A stretch of DNA of 40,331 bases, from the sequence record SRR20825019_1785; one strand, given 5' to 3'. Shown here in pieces: positions 27,874 through 37,604 of this stretch. The number at the start of each line of letters is the position of its first letter. The first letter of the stretch is position 1. The translations under genes and the position numbers were made by a program. A model generated the notes under the pieces. It made no database searches. It had not been told where the DNA came from and was given only the letters and a program-made list of their open reading frames with translations.

Positions 27874-28467
27874 ATGGCTCGAATGAAGTTTCTCTGTGAT
27901 GCCGAACGTTGTATCGAATGCAACGCCTGTGTCACTGCCTGTAAAAACGAGCATGAGGTGCCCTGGGGCATTAACCGTCGCCGCGTCGTTACCATTGATG
28001 ATGGTCATCACGGGGATGAAAAATCGATATCGGTGGCCTGTATGCATTGCAGCGACGCACCCTGTCAGGCGGTCTGCCCGGTAGATTGCTTTTACACCAC
28101 ATCTGAAGGGGTGGTGTTACATGACAAGGATATCTGCATCGGCTGTGGCTACTGTTTCTATGCCTGCCCATTCGGGGCGCCGCAATATCCGCAGGAAGGG
28201 GCTTTTGGTGCCCGCGGCAAGATGGATAAATGTACCTTCTGTGCCGGTGGCCCTGAAGAAGACAACTCGCAGGCTGAGCTCGACAAATATGGGCGCAACC
28301 GGCTTGCTGAAGGCAAGCTACCCTTATGTGCCGAGATGTGCTCAACCAAAGCCCTGCTGGCCGGTGACGGCGATATAGTCGCCGATCTGTTTCGTAACCG
28401 CGTGGTACGCCGCGGTGGTCGCCCGGATAACTGGGGCTGGGATACCGCTTATAAAGAACAGCTATGA
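27874..28467 (+). CDS. Formate dehydrogenase Fe-S (beta) subunit
   Basis: CIECNAC, CMHCSDAPC, CIGCGYCFYACP, CTFC four-cluster pattern. Confidence 0.93.
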   Translation: MARMKFLCDAERCIECNACVTACKNEHEVPWGINRRRVVTIDDGHHGDEKSISVACMHCSDAPCQAVCPVDCFYTTSEGVVLHDKDICIGCGYCFYACPFGAPQYPQEGAFGARGKMDKCTFCAGGPEEDNSQAELDKYGRNRLAEGKLPLCAEMCSTKALLAGDGDIVADLFRNRVVRRGGRPDNWGWDTAYKEQL

Positions 28468-28643
28468 AATATATTGTTCCATTAATCGTTATGTTCGGCC
28501 TCAGTGCCTGTTATGAAGATACGGATGTGACCCTTCATGAACCCGGTGTCTATAAAGGCAAGCCGGACAGCCATGTTAAATCCTATGAGGCGCGTGAGGA
28601 TATTCTGGCGAAACGTTTCCAACAAGTTCAGACCGACCGCTAG
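28464..28643 (+). CDS. 59-aa lipoprotein in the FDH operon (missed by the ORF track)
   Basis: MKYIVPLIVMFGLSACYEDTDVTLHEPGVYKGKPDSHVKSYEAREDILAKRFQQVQTDR*; lipobox LSAC; ATGA overlap with the beta-subunit stop; ends just before the next RBS. Confidence 0.8.
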   Translation: MKYIVPLIVMFGLSACYEDTDVTLHEPGVYKGKPDSHVKSYEAREDILAKRFQQVQTDR

Positions 28644-28653
28644 CGGAGGCGAT

Positions 28654-29673
28654 ATGGCAGTGGCAGACAGGCTGAACAAACGAAAGAAAATGATGTTCTG
28701 GAGCGGCATTCTGATTCTGCTTGCCATCGTTTTGTTACCGATGAGCGGCTATGTCGTCACCGGCTTCGGTGAATCACAGCCATCATCGGCTGAACCTACT
28801 AATCCGCGTGCTGATACCTGGCGCCAGGTCCGACGAGGTGATGAAGGTTACACCGCGGTGACCGGCCAGGAGGCGAATGAACTGATACAGGGCTCGGGAG
28901 AAACCTGGCGTCAGGTTCGTAATGGCCCGATGGCTACCTATGGCAGCTGGTTTCTGGGCTTTGTCCTGCTGGCGATTCTGGCGTTTTATATCATGCGCGG
29001 CCGGGTGGAACTGACCCATCCCCGTACCGGTGAAACCGTTGAGCGCTGGACACTCAATGAACGTCGTTTGCACTGGACGACGGCGATCCTGTTTATTCTG
29101 TTGACGATTACCGGTCTAAGTATTCTCTATGGCCGGGCGGTATTAATTCCGTTGCTGGGCTACCCTGGTTTTTCACTGTATGCCGTCGGCGCCAAGTTCG
29201 CTCATAACACACTCGGTCCTGTTTTCATGATTGCGCTGTTTGCGATCCTGGTGAAATTTTTCAGGTATAACTTTTTTAACCGGGTCGACCTTGAGTGGTT
29301 CAAAGCCTATGGCGGTATGGTAGGCGATAAACATCCCTCTGCCGGGCGTATGAATGGCGGTGAAAAAGTCTGGTACTGGGCGCTGGCTACCGCCGGTGTT
29401 GCACTCTGTTTCTCAGGACTGGTGCTGGATTTCCCCAATTTCGGCCAGGAGCGTCAGGTGATTCAACTGGCGCATGTCATTCATCTGACTACCGCATTGT
29501 TGCTGATTGCCTTTTCCTTCGGTCATATCTATATCGGTACAATCGGCACCGAAGGCGCGCTGGAAGGTATGACGACCGGTCAGGTTGATGTCGCCTGGGC
29601 TGAACAGCATCACGATCTCTGGCTGGAGGAGATGCGTGAAAAAAATTCTGCACCCTCCCGCTCATCTGAATAA
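28654..29673 (+). CDS. Formate dehydrogenase cytochrome b (gamma) subunit with N-terminal extension
   Basis: ERRLHW, KFAHN, AGRMNGGEK, HVIH, GHIYIGT and WAEQHH motifs. GGAGG at 28645 supports ATG 28654 rather than 28537. Confidence 0.9.
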   Translation: MAVADRLNKRKKMMFWSGILILLAIVLLPMSGYVVTGFGESQPSSAEPTNPRADTWRQVRRGDEGYTAVTGQEANELIQGSGETWRQVRNGPMATYGSWFLGFVLLAILAFYIMRGRVELTHPRTGETVERWTLNERRLHWTTAILFILLTITGLSILYGRAVLIPLLGYPGFSLYAVGAKFAHNTLGPVFMIALFAILVKFFRYNFFNRVDLEWFKAYGGMVGDKHPSAGRMNGGEKVWYWALATAGVALCFSGLVLDFPNFGQERQVIQLAHVIHLTTALLLIAFSFGHIYIGTIGTEGALEGMTTGQVDVAWAEQHHDLWLEEMREKNSAPSRSSE

Positions 29674-29748
29674 ATTTGCGCAAATGTACATAATTTTTGG
29701 TTGTCAGCAACCAGGTATGCATTTTTGAGCAAATTATTTCTCTAAAGA

Positions 29749-29761
29749 AATCAATTTTTTG
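29749..29761 (+). promoter_or_regulatory. IHF consensus site
   Basis: AATCAA-TTTT-TTG matches WATCAANNNNTTR exactly within an AT-rich spacer. Confidence 0.4.
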
Positions 29762-29790
29762 TCCGCTTTCTAAGCGGACTACTACTTTTT
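29761..29790 (+). terminator. Possible terminator of the periplasmic FDH operon
   Basis: GTCCGCTT-tct-AAGCGGAC 8-bp stem followed by TACTACTTTTT. Confidence 0.5.
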
Positions 29791-30041
29791 AGTCATTTCA
29801 ATGACTTATAAAAAACCCTAGGTTGAACTTGGCGCATTGCGAAGTATTTAGCCGGAAAAGTGTATGATTTCGGTGCTTAAATCAGCCCCTGTCTGCACCA
29901 AAAAAAGGCAAATGTCTGTTTTGACGGCAGTTATGCCAAGAATGCAGCTTCACAGCAAAACTTAGCCATGCTAATTTTTGTCTGTTTAACTACAACCAAA
30001 GCCAACGATGGCATAGAAGATTTAGAGAGAGGCCTTTTTAC

Positions 30042-31739
30042 ATGAGTGGGCAGCAAATCAGTGCTCAAAAGCTGGGCAAAGAGCTTAAATTGCCGCGGGC
30101 TGTCAATAAAGGCAGGCAGGTCGATCCCAAAGCCTTGTCTGAAGTCCAGGCATTACTGGGCGATGAACCCCGCCGCAAAGATCTGCTCATTGAGCATCTG
30201 CATAAAATTCAGGACAGCTACAAATATATTTCAGCTCCCCACCTGGTGGCATTGGCGTATGAAATGAAACTGTCCCGGGCTGAAGTCTACGAAGTCGCCA
30301 CCTTCTATCATCATTTTGATGTCATTAAAGAAGACCAGACACCACCGCCGGCTTTAACCGTTCGCGTCTGTGATTCGATGACCTGTGAAATGCTGGGTGC
30401 CAATGACTTAATTGATTCTCTGGAACAGGGGCTTGGCAGCGATGTTCGTGTCCAGCGCGTGCCTTGTATCGGCCGCTGTGATAAAGCGCCGGTTGCTGTG
30501 GTCGGTATGCACCCTGTTGAAAACGCTGATACTGCCCGTGTCAGCGATCTGGTTGAACAGAATCACATCCGCCCTGAAGCCATCGACCCCATTCGCTTTG
30601 AACAATATGTCGAGCAGGGTGGTTACAACACTTACCGGTTGTGTATGGAAGGTCATTATGATGTCGAGAAAGTGCTCGACACCATGGATGATTCCGGTCT
30701 GCGTGGTCTCGGTGGCGCCGGTTTCCCGGTCGGTCGTAAATGGCGCATCGTGCGTGATCAGCCTGCGCCGAAGCTGATGGCCGTCAATATTGACGAAGGT
30801 GAACCCGGCACATTCAAAGATAAATATTTCCTCGATCGTGATCCGCACTGCTTCCTTGAAGGTAGTCTGATTGCTGCCTGGGCTGTGGGTATTGATGAAA
30901 TCTACATCTACCTGCGTGATGAATACGCTGCGATCCGCGAAATGATGGAAGTCGAGATAGCCAAGTTGGAAGCCAATCCACCGGTCGCCAATATGCCCAA
31001 GCTCTATCTGCGTCGCGGCGCCGGTGCATACATCTGCGGTGAAGAATCGGCGATGATCGAGTCGATTGAAGGCAAGCGCGGCATGCCGCGTCTGCGGCCG
31101 CCTTATGTGGCCCAGGTGGGTTTGTTCGGCAGACCGACACTGGAACACAACATGGAGTCGCTGTACTGGGTACGCGATATTCTGGAAAAAGGGCCGGAAT
31201 GTCTGACTGACCATGGCCGCCATGGTCGCAAAGGCCTGCGTTCTTTCTCGGTCAGTGGCCGTGTCAATAATCCTGGAGTGCATCTGGCACCAGCCGGTAT
31301 CACCATGCGCGAGTTGATTGACGAATATTGCGGTGGTATGCAGGAAGGCCATGCCTTTTATGGCTATTTCCCGGGCGGTGCCTCCGGTGGCATTCTGCCT
31401 GCCTCAATGGGCGATATCCCCCTCGATTTCGATACGCTGAATGACTATGGCTGTTTCATCGGCTCCGCGGCTGTGGTGGTCTTTTCCGATCAGGATAAAG
31501 CCCGCGAACTGGCGGTTAATGCGATGAAATTCTTTGAGGATGAATCCTGCGGCCAGTGCACACCCTGCCGCGTGGGTACAGCGAAAGCTGTGACCCTGAT
31601 GAAAGAAAAACAGTGGGATCAGAACTTACTGGAAGAGTTATCACAGGTGATGGTGGATGCCTCCATCTGTGGTCTCGGCCAGGCAGCCCCCAATCCGTTG
31701 CGCTGCGTGATTAAGTACTTCCCTGAGGAGTTGAAATAA
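30042..31739 (+). CDS. NAD-dependent formate dehydrogenase beta (diaphorase) subunit, fused NuoE/NuoF-like (Fdh1B type)
   Basis: [2Fe-2S] Cys (CDSMTC, CIGRC), GLRGLGGAGFP, NIDEGEPG, YICGEES and ESCGQCTPCR. Confidence 0.92.
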   Translation: MSGQQISAQKLGKELKLPRAVNKGRQVDPKALSEVQALLGDEPRRKDLLIEHLHKIQDSYKYISAPHLVALAYEMKLSRAEVYEVATFYHHFDVIKEDQTPPPALTVRVCDSMTCEMLGANDLIDSLEQGLGSDVRVQRVPCIGRCDKAPVAVVGMHPVENADTARVSDLVEQNHIRPEAIDPIRFEQYVEQGGYNTYRLCMEGHYDVEKVLDTMDDSGLRGLGGAGFPVGRKWRIVRDQPAPKLMAVNIDEGEPGTFKDKYFLDRDPHCFLEGSLIAAWAVGIDEIYIYLRDEYAAIREMMEVEIAKLEANPPVANMPKLYLRRGAGAYICGEESAMIESIEGKRGMPRLRPPYVAQVGLFGRPTLEHNMESLYWVRDILEKGPECLTDHGRHGRKGLRSFSVSGRVNNPGVHLAPAGITMRELIDEYCGGMQEGHAFYGYFPGGASGGILPASMGDIPLDFDTLNDYGCFIGSAAVVVFSDQDKARELAVNAMKFFEDESCGQCTPCRVGTAKAVTLMKEKQWDQNLLEELSQVMVDASICGLGQAAPNPLRCVIKYFPEELK

Positions 31740-34537
31740 TGGCTATCAACCCGGAAATTGAAAGCGAATTGATTGCCTTTGATCTTAATGGTAATAAAGT
31801 GTTTGCCGAAAAGGGCGAAACCATCTTGCAGGCGGCGCAGCGTCATGATGTTGAAATCCCGCATCTGTGCTACTCCGAGCGCCAGGGTCAGGATGGTAAC
31901 TGCCGTGCCTGCATGGTCGAAATCGACGGCGAACGGGTACTGGCACCTTCATGCTGCCGTTATCCTTCTGAAGGGATGAAAGTGCAGTCACAGAGTGAGC
32001 GCGCACTGCAATCACAGAAAATGGTGCTGGAACTGCTCAAGTCAGATGTTTCTGAACAACCGCATACCCTGCATTCCGAACTCGATTACTGGGCCGGTAA
32101 ACTGGACGTCAGCACACCGCGATTCAAACCGCGTCACAATCCCCCGTCCGATCTGTCGCATCCGGCGATCGCGGTCAATATGGATGCCTGTATTCAATGC
32201 ACCCGCTGTGTCCGGGCTTGCCGCGATGAGCAGAATAATGATGTGATTGGTCTCGCCATGCGTGGTCACCACACTGAAATCGTGTTTGATCTTGATGATC
32301 CGATGGGCGAGAGCTCCTGCGTTGCCTGTGGTGAGTGTGTTGAAGCCTGTCCGACCGGTGCCCTGATGCCGGCCAACGAGGTGGGCATGGTGGAACCCGA
32401 CAAGAAAGTGGATTCGGTCTGCCCTTACTGTGGTGTCGGTTGCCAGCTTACTTACAACATCAAAAACAACAAAATCCTCCATGTGGAAGGTCGTGATGGC
32501 CCGGCTAACCATGGTCGCCTCTGTGTTAAAGGCCGATATGGTTTCGATTATGTTCACCATCCACATCGTCTGACCAAGCCGATGATTCGTCGTGAGGATG
32601 CGCCCAAGTATCCTGACTTTGAGATGGACCCGAGCGATATCGACAAGGTGTTTCGTGAAGCGACCTGGGAAGAGGCGCTGGAACGTGCGGCGCAGGGTTT
32701 CCTCGATATCCGGGATCAGGATGGCCCCAACGCACTGGCCGGTTTCGGCAGCGCCAAAGGCAGTAATGAAGAAGCCTACCTGTTCCAGAAACTGATCCGG
32801 GTCGGCTTTAAAACCAATAACGTCGACCACTGTACCCGGTTGTGTCATGCCTCGTCCGTTGTGGCGCTGTTGGAAACACTGGGATCCGGCGCGGTATCTA
32901 ACCCGGTTGCCGATGTTGAAAAAGCAGAAGTGATTGTGCTGATCGGTGCTAATCCGACCGTTAACCATCCTGTCGGTGCGACCTGGATGAAGAACGCCGT
33001 CCGTGATGGTACTAAGCTGATCCTGATGGATCCCCGCGGTACTGAACTCCGCCGTGAGGCCACCCATCATCTGCAGTTCAAACCGGGCTCTGATGTGCCC
33101 ATGCTGAATGCCATCATGCACGTTATTGTCGAAGAAGGCCTGATGGATGAGAAATTCATCGCTGATCGCACGGTCGGCTTTGACAGCATGAAAAAACATC
33201 TCGAGAAATACTCTCCGGAATTAATGGAACCCGTCTGCGGTATTCCGGCTGAGGAACTGCGAGCAGTCGCTCGGCTTTACGCCAAATCCAAAGCCTCAAT
33301 GATTCTGTGGGGTATGGGGGTTTCTCAACACGTACATGGTACAGACAATGCGCGCTGCCTGATTTCACTGGCATTGATGACAGGACAGATTGGCCGTCCT
33401 GGTACCGGTCTGCACCCACTGCGTGGTCAGAATAACGTGCAGGGTGCCTCTGATATGGGACTTATCCCAATGCGCCTGCCGGACTACTTCAAGGTCGAGG
33501 ATAAAACGGCACGTTCACATCTGGAAACACTCTGGGGCGGTGAAATTGATTCCAAGTCGGGCCTCACGGTTGTCGAGATTATGGATGCAATTCATGCGGA
33601 TAAACTGCACGGGCTCTATATCATGGGTGAAAACCCGGCGATGTCTGATCCCGATGTGAATCACGCACGTCAGGCATTGTCTGAGCTGAAACATCTGGTG
33701 GTTCAGGATATCTTCCTGACTGAAACCGCTTATCTCGCCGATGTCATTCTGCCGGCCTCCGGCTTCCCGGAAAAAACCGGGACATTCACGAATACTGACA
33801 GACAAGTTCAATTGGGGCGTCAGGCGCTTGATCCGCCGGGTGACGCGCGTCAGGACTTGTGGATCATTCAGGAAATTGCCAAACGTATGGGCCTGGCCTG
33901 GGACTATCAGGGACCGCAGGATGTGTTCAGTGAAATACGTAAAGCTGTGCCATCGATGGCAGGTATCACCTGGGAGCGGCTGGAGCGTGAGCACAGTGTG
34001 GTCTACCCCTGTGAAAATGAGGGCGATCCGGGCGAGGAGGTGATCTTCACCGATCGCTTCCCAACCACAGATGGTCGCGGTTTGTTCGTGCCAGCCGATA
34101 TCGTGCCACCGGATGAAAGACCCGACGAAGACTATCCGTTCGTGCTGATTACCGGTCGTATGCTGGAACACTGGCACACCGGTTCCATGACCCGTCGTTC
34201 CAATGTGCTCGACTCGTTGGAGCCGGAAGCAGTGGCCACAGTGAACCCGATTACGCTGGACGAAATAGGTGCGAAACCCGGTGAATTGATAACGCTGTCT
34301 ACCCGTCGTGGCAAAGTCTCCGCGATTGCGCGTGCCGATATCGGGGTGCCGACCGGTGCCATCTTTATGGCTTTCTGTTACTACGAAGCCGCGGTCAACA
34401 AGTTGTCCAATGCGGCCTTGGATCCGGCGGCCAAGATTCCTGAGTTTAAATACTGCGCGGTCAATGTCACTCCGGGTGGTGAACCGATGCAGTTCTATAG
34501 TTACGGTGGCGGGCAGTCGAAAAATGTACTGCTCTAG
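31739..34537 (+). CDS. NAD-dependent formate dehydrogenase alpha subunit (Fdh1A/FdhF type), Cys ligand
   Basis: N-terminal NuoG-like Fe-S domains, CPYCGVGC, NVDHCTRLCHAS, LRGQNNVQG, PEFK; no signal peptide. Confidence 0.93.
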   Translation: MAINPEIESELIAFDLNGNKVFAEKGETILQAAQRHDVEIPHLCYSERQGQDGNCRACMVEIDGERVLAPSCCRYPSEGMKVQSQSERALQSQKMVLELLKSDVSEQPHTLHSELDYWAGKLDVSTPRFKPRHNPPSDLSHPAIAVNMDACIQCTRCVRACRDEQNNDVIGLAMRGHHTEIVFDLDDPMGESSCVACGECVEACPTGALMPANEVGMVEPDKKVDSVCPYCGVGCQLTYNIKNNKILHVEGRDGPANHGRLCVKGRYGFDYVHHPHRLTKPMIRREDAPKYPDFEMDPSDIDKVFREATWEEALERAAQGFLDIRDQDGPNALAGFGSAKGSNEEAYLFQKLIRVGFKTNNVDHCTRLCHASSVVALLETLGSGAVSNPVADVEKAEVIVLIGANPTVNHPVGATWMKNAVRDGTKLILMDPRGTELRREATHHLQFKPGSDVPMLNAIMHVIVEEGLMDEKFIADRTVGFDSMKKHLEKYSPELMEPVCGIPAEELRAVARLYAKSKASMILWGMGVSQHVHGTDNARCLISLALMTGQIGRPGTGLHPLRGQNNVQGASDMGLIPMRLPDYFKVEDKTARSHLETLWGGEIDSKSGLTVVEIMDAIHADKLHGLYIMGENPAMSDPDVNHARQALSELKHLVVQDIFLTETAYLADVILPASGFPEKTGTFTNTDRQVQLGRQALDPPGDARQDLWIIQEIAKRMGLAWDYQGPQDVFSEIRKAVPSMAGITWERLEREHSVVYPCENEGDPGEEVIFTDRFPTTDGRGLFVPADIVPPDERPDEDYPFVLITGRMLEHWHTGSMTRRSNVLDSLEPEAVATVNPITLDEIGAKPGELITLSTRRGKVSAIARADIGVPTGAIFMAFCYYEAAVNKLSNAALDPAAKIPEFKYCAVNVTPGGEPMQFYSYGGGQSKNVLL

Positions 34538-34552
34538 GCGGTATTTCCAACA

Positions 34553-34580
34553 AAAAAAGGCATCTCAGGATGCCTTTTTT
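34553..34580. terminator. Intrinsic terminator with symmetric A/T tails
   Basis: AAAAAAGGCATC-tcag-GATGCCTTTTTT perfect inverted repeat. Confidence 0.9.
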
Positions 34581-34706
34581 AATAGGGTCTATTTACCTTT
34601 CATCTCACAACAGTGGTGGATATGAAAGATAAACAGACCCCAGCAGTTCACATTCTTGCTAAGATATGGTGCGTATTTTTAAAGCTCCCAACAGGCTACA
34701 ACGATA

Positions 34707-35453
34707 ATGAAAATCCTGATCAGCAATGATGACGGTTACATGTCCCAGGGCATTCGCACTCTGGCCGATGCATTAGGCAGTTTCGGCGAGATTACCGTCG
34801 TGGCACCCGACAGAAATCGCAGCGGTGCCAGTAACTCTCTGACGCTGGAAAATCCACTCCGGCTTGAGAAACAGGAAGACGGCGTCTACCGGGTTGAAGG
34901 CACGCCGACCGACTGTGTCCATCTGGCGATTACCGGTTTACTGGAAGATGATCCCGATATGGTGGTTTCCGGCATCAATGCCGGTGCCAACCTGGGTGAT
35001 GATGTGCTTTATTCCGGCACTGTTGCCGCCGCCATGGAAGGCCGCTTTCTGGGGCTGCCGGCCATCGCTATTTCACTGACCTCCCATACCGGCACCCATT
35101 ATGAGACTGCGGCCTGGGTTGCGCAGAAGCTGGTTTCCCGGCTTAAAGAATCGTCGCTGCCCGCTGACACTATCCTCAACGTGAATGTCCCCGATTTGCC
35201 GATTGAAGAAATCACCGGTATCGAAAGCACCCGGCTGGGTCATCGGCATAAAGCCGAACCTGTGATCAAGGAGTTCGACCCGCGCGGGCGTCCCATGTAC
35301 TGGATTGGTCCCGCCGGCAGTGAAGAAGACGCCGGTCCCGGTACTGATTTTGATGCGATACGGCGTGGCGCGGTCTCTGTGACGCCGCTGCAAATTGATC
35401 TGACCCGCTATGATGCCATTGACGGTGTCGCCCGGTGGCTCAAAGACTGCTGA
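34707..35453 (+). CDS. surE: 5'/3'-nucleotidase SurE
   Basis: [33 protein letters not shown]. Confidence 0.97.
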   Translation: MKILISNDDGYMSQGIRTLADALGSFGEITVVAPDRNRSGASNSLTLENPLRLEKQEDGVYRVEGTPTDCVHLAITGLLEDDPDMVVSGINAGANLGDDVLYSGTVAAAMEGRFLGLPAIAISLTSHTGTHYETAAWVAQKLVSRLKESSLPADTILNVNVPDLPIEEITGIESTRLGHRHKAEPVIKEFDPRGRPMYWIGPAGSEEDAGPGTDFDAIRRGAVSVTPLQIDLTRYDAIDGVARWLKDC

Positions 35454-35454
35454 T

Positions 35455-36117
35455 ATGAACACGGATTACCGCGGTATAGGCATGACATCACAACGTACCC
35501 GTGACCGGCTGGTGGCCCGGTTGCAGGAGCGTGGCATCGCCAATCCCGAAGTACTCTCTGTGGTTCGGGAAATGCCACGGCACCTGTTTGTTGATGAGGC
35601 TCTCGCCAGCCGTGCCTATGAAGACACGGCGCTGCCCATCGGTCATGGTCAGACGATTTCCCAGCCTTATATCGTCGCAAAAATGACGGAAATCCTGCTC
35701 GCGGGTGGCGGTCAACGTGAAAAAGTACTGGAAGTCGGCACTGGTTCCGGTTATCAGACAGCCGTGCTGTCTAAACTAGTGGACCGTGTGTTCAGTGTTG
35801 AACGCATTTCGCCGCTGCAGAACCAGGCTCGGGAACGGTTCTACCAGCTCAAACTGAATAATATCAAGCTTAAACACAGTGATGGCAATTGGGGCTGGGA
35901 ATGGTATGCACCCTACGATGGCATTATCGTCACCTGCGCCCCTGAACAGGTGCCACATGAATTGCTTAAGCAACTGGCGCCGGGTGGCCGCTTGGTGATC
36001 CCGGTTGGAGGCACTATGGGACAATCACTGCGTGTCATCGATCGTGTCGGTGATCGTTATGAGGAAACTGAACTGGATCCGGTCAGCTTCGTGCCGCTGT
36101 TGAGCGGTCAGATCTGA
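35455..36117 (+). CDS. pcm: Protein-L-isoaspartate O-methyltransferase
   Basis: [37 protein letters not shown] 35455 follows the surE stop. Confidence 0.96.
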   Translation: MNTDYRGIGMTSQRTRDRLVARLQERGIANPEVLSVVREMPRHLFVDEALASRAYEDTALPIGHGQTISQPYIVAKMTEILLAGGGQREKVLEVGTGSGYQTAVLSKLVDRVFSVERISPLQNQARERFYQLKLNNIKLKHSDGNWGWEWYAPYDGIIVTCAPEQVPHELLKQLAPGGRLVIPVGGTMGQSLRVIDRVGDRYEETELDPVSFVPLLSGQI

Positions 36118-36692
36118 TGCGTCTGTTTTCCGGTCTCTATGCCCGGGTCATGGTCTGGGCCCGCCACAAATACGCGACCTACTGGCTGGCACTGGTCAGT
36201 TTTAGCGAGTCGTCTTTTTTTCTGATTCCTCCCGATGTCATGCTGGCGCCGATGAGTCTGGCCCGACCCGAGCGCGCCTGGTTTTATGCTGCCCTGACCA
36301 CGGCGGCTTCTGTCCTCGGTGGTCTGCTCGGTTACGCGATAGGCTTGTTTGCTTTTCATCTGGCGGAACCCTGGCTGATTTCATTGGACTATATGCATGC
36401 TTACCAGCAAGCTTCGGCATGGTTTGATCGGTGGGGATTCTGGGCGATTTTTCTTGCCGGCTTTACACCGATTCCCTATAAAATTTTTACTATCGCCGCC
36501 GGGGCTGCCAATATGTTGTTGCTGCCTTTTGTTATCGGTTCGTTGATTGGTCGCGGTATGCGGTTTTTTCTGGTAGCCGCTCTGATGCGCTGGGGCGGAC
36601 CCGAATTGGAGGCCAGTCTGCACCTCTGGGTGGACAGACTGGGCTGGCTGACTGTATTGATTTTGGTGATGGCTTACCTGATATTTGCATAG
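36117..36692 (+). CDS. yqaA: YqaA/DedA-family membrane protein
   Basis: SFSESSFFLIPPDVML and GFTPIPYKIFTI; usual position between pcm and nlpD. Confidence 0.85.
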   Translation: MRLFSGLYARVMVWARHKYATYWLALVSFSESSFFLIPPDVMLAPMSLARPERAWFYAALTTAASVLGGLLGYAIGLFAFHLAEPWLISLDYMHAYQQASAWFDRWGFWAIFLAGFTPIPYKIFTIAAGAANMLLLPFVIGSLIGRGMRFFLVAALMRWGGPELEASLHLWVDRLGWLTVLILVMAYLIFA

Positions 36693-36694
36693 AG

Positions 36695-37513
36695 ATGAAA
36701 TGGATTCTGCCGCTACTGCTGATGATCATTGTGACCGCCTGTGGCGGCGGTGGTCGGGCTGTAGCGCCAGTCGGTTCCTACAGTGATGACCGTAGCAGTC
36801 AGCGCAAAATAGCCACACCACCCACTTATTACACGGTCAGAAAAGGAGACACGCTGTACTCCATCAGCTGGCGCTACGGCATGGATTACAAAGATGTCGC
36901 TCGCATCAACAACATCAGGCCGCCTTATACGATTTATGTCGGGCAGAAAATTCGTTTCAAGCCCGGTAGTCGTACAGCCACTACCCAACAAGCAACGCCC
37001 CGTTCCCAGCCGACCAAAACCCAGCCGGTGAAACCAAGCCCGACACCGCAGTCAAAACCGTTACCGGCACCGGCACCAAAGACGGCCACCGCCAGCAAAC
37101 CGCAGCCGAAAGCCTCTCAGGAGCCCTTTGTCGGCAATCAGAATCTGCAATGGCGCTGGCCTACCGAGGGTAGGGTGGTATCGACGTATTCCAACAGCAG
37201 CCCCGGCCGCAAGGGTATCGATATTGCGGGTAAGTCGGGGCAGCCGGTGTTTGCGGCGGCTTCGGGCAAGGTGGTCTATAGTGGCAATAGCTTGCCCCGT
37301 TATGGCAATTTGCTGATCATCAAGCATAACGATGTTTATCTCAGTGCCTATGCACACAGTGACCGCTTATTGGTGAAAGAGGGGGAAGTGGTTAAGAGTG
37401 GTCAGAAAATCGCCGTGATGGGCCGGACCGGCACCCAGCGCGATCAGTTGCATTTTGAAATCCGCCGTAACGGCAAGCCGGTCGACCCGATGCGCTTTCT
37501 GCCTAAGCGCTGA
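36695..37513 (+). CDS. nlpD: LysM/M23 lipoprotein NlpD
   Basis: Lipobox VTAC, LysM (YTVRKGDTLYSI), Pro-rich linker and M23 domain (KGIDI, YAH, LHFEIR). Confidence 0.92.
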   Translation: MKWILPLLLMIIVTACGGGGRAVAPVGSYSDDRSSQRKIATPPTYYTVRKGDTLYSISWRYGMDYKDVARINNIRPPYTIYVGQKIRFKPGSRTATTQQATPRSQPTKTQPVKPSPTPQSKPLPAPAPKTATASKPQPKASQEPFVGNQNLQWRWPTEGRVVSTYSNSSPGRKGIDIAGKSGQPVFAAASGKVVYSGNSLPRYGNLLIIKHNDVYLSAYAHSDRLLVKEGEVVKSGQKIAVMGRTGTQRDQLHFEIRRNGKPVDPMRFLPKR

Positions 37514-37604
37514 ACCACAAAAAACGCATTGAATCCGTTACAATATAGCGTTTTGCCGGTTTTAACCGGCGTTTCATCCTTATATTCAATATCAGAGGTT
37601 AACC

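Noticed and set aside
28537-28653. Extended N-terminus of the FDH gamma subunit
   Set aside because: The region is better explained by the 59-aa lipoprotein in another frame; the RBS supports ATG 28654.
30009-30024. TGGCATAGAAG, identical to the start of the sigma54 promoter at 15886
   Set aside because: The -12 position is TT rather than GC, and it lies too close to the start codon. An 11-nt match is compatible with chance.
30408-33199. Long antisense ORFs (314 aa and 385 aa) within the fdh1 genes
   Set aside because: Typical antisense shadows caused by codon bias in conserved genes.
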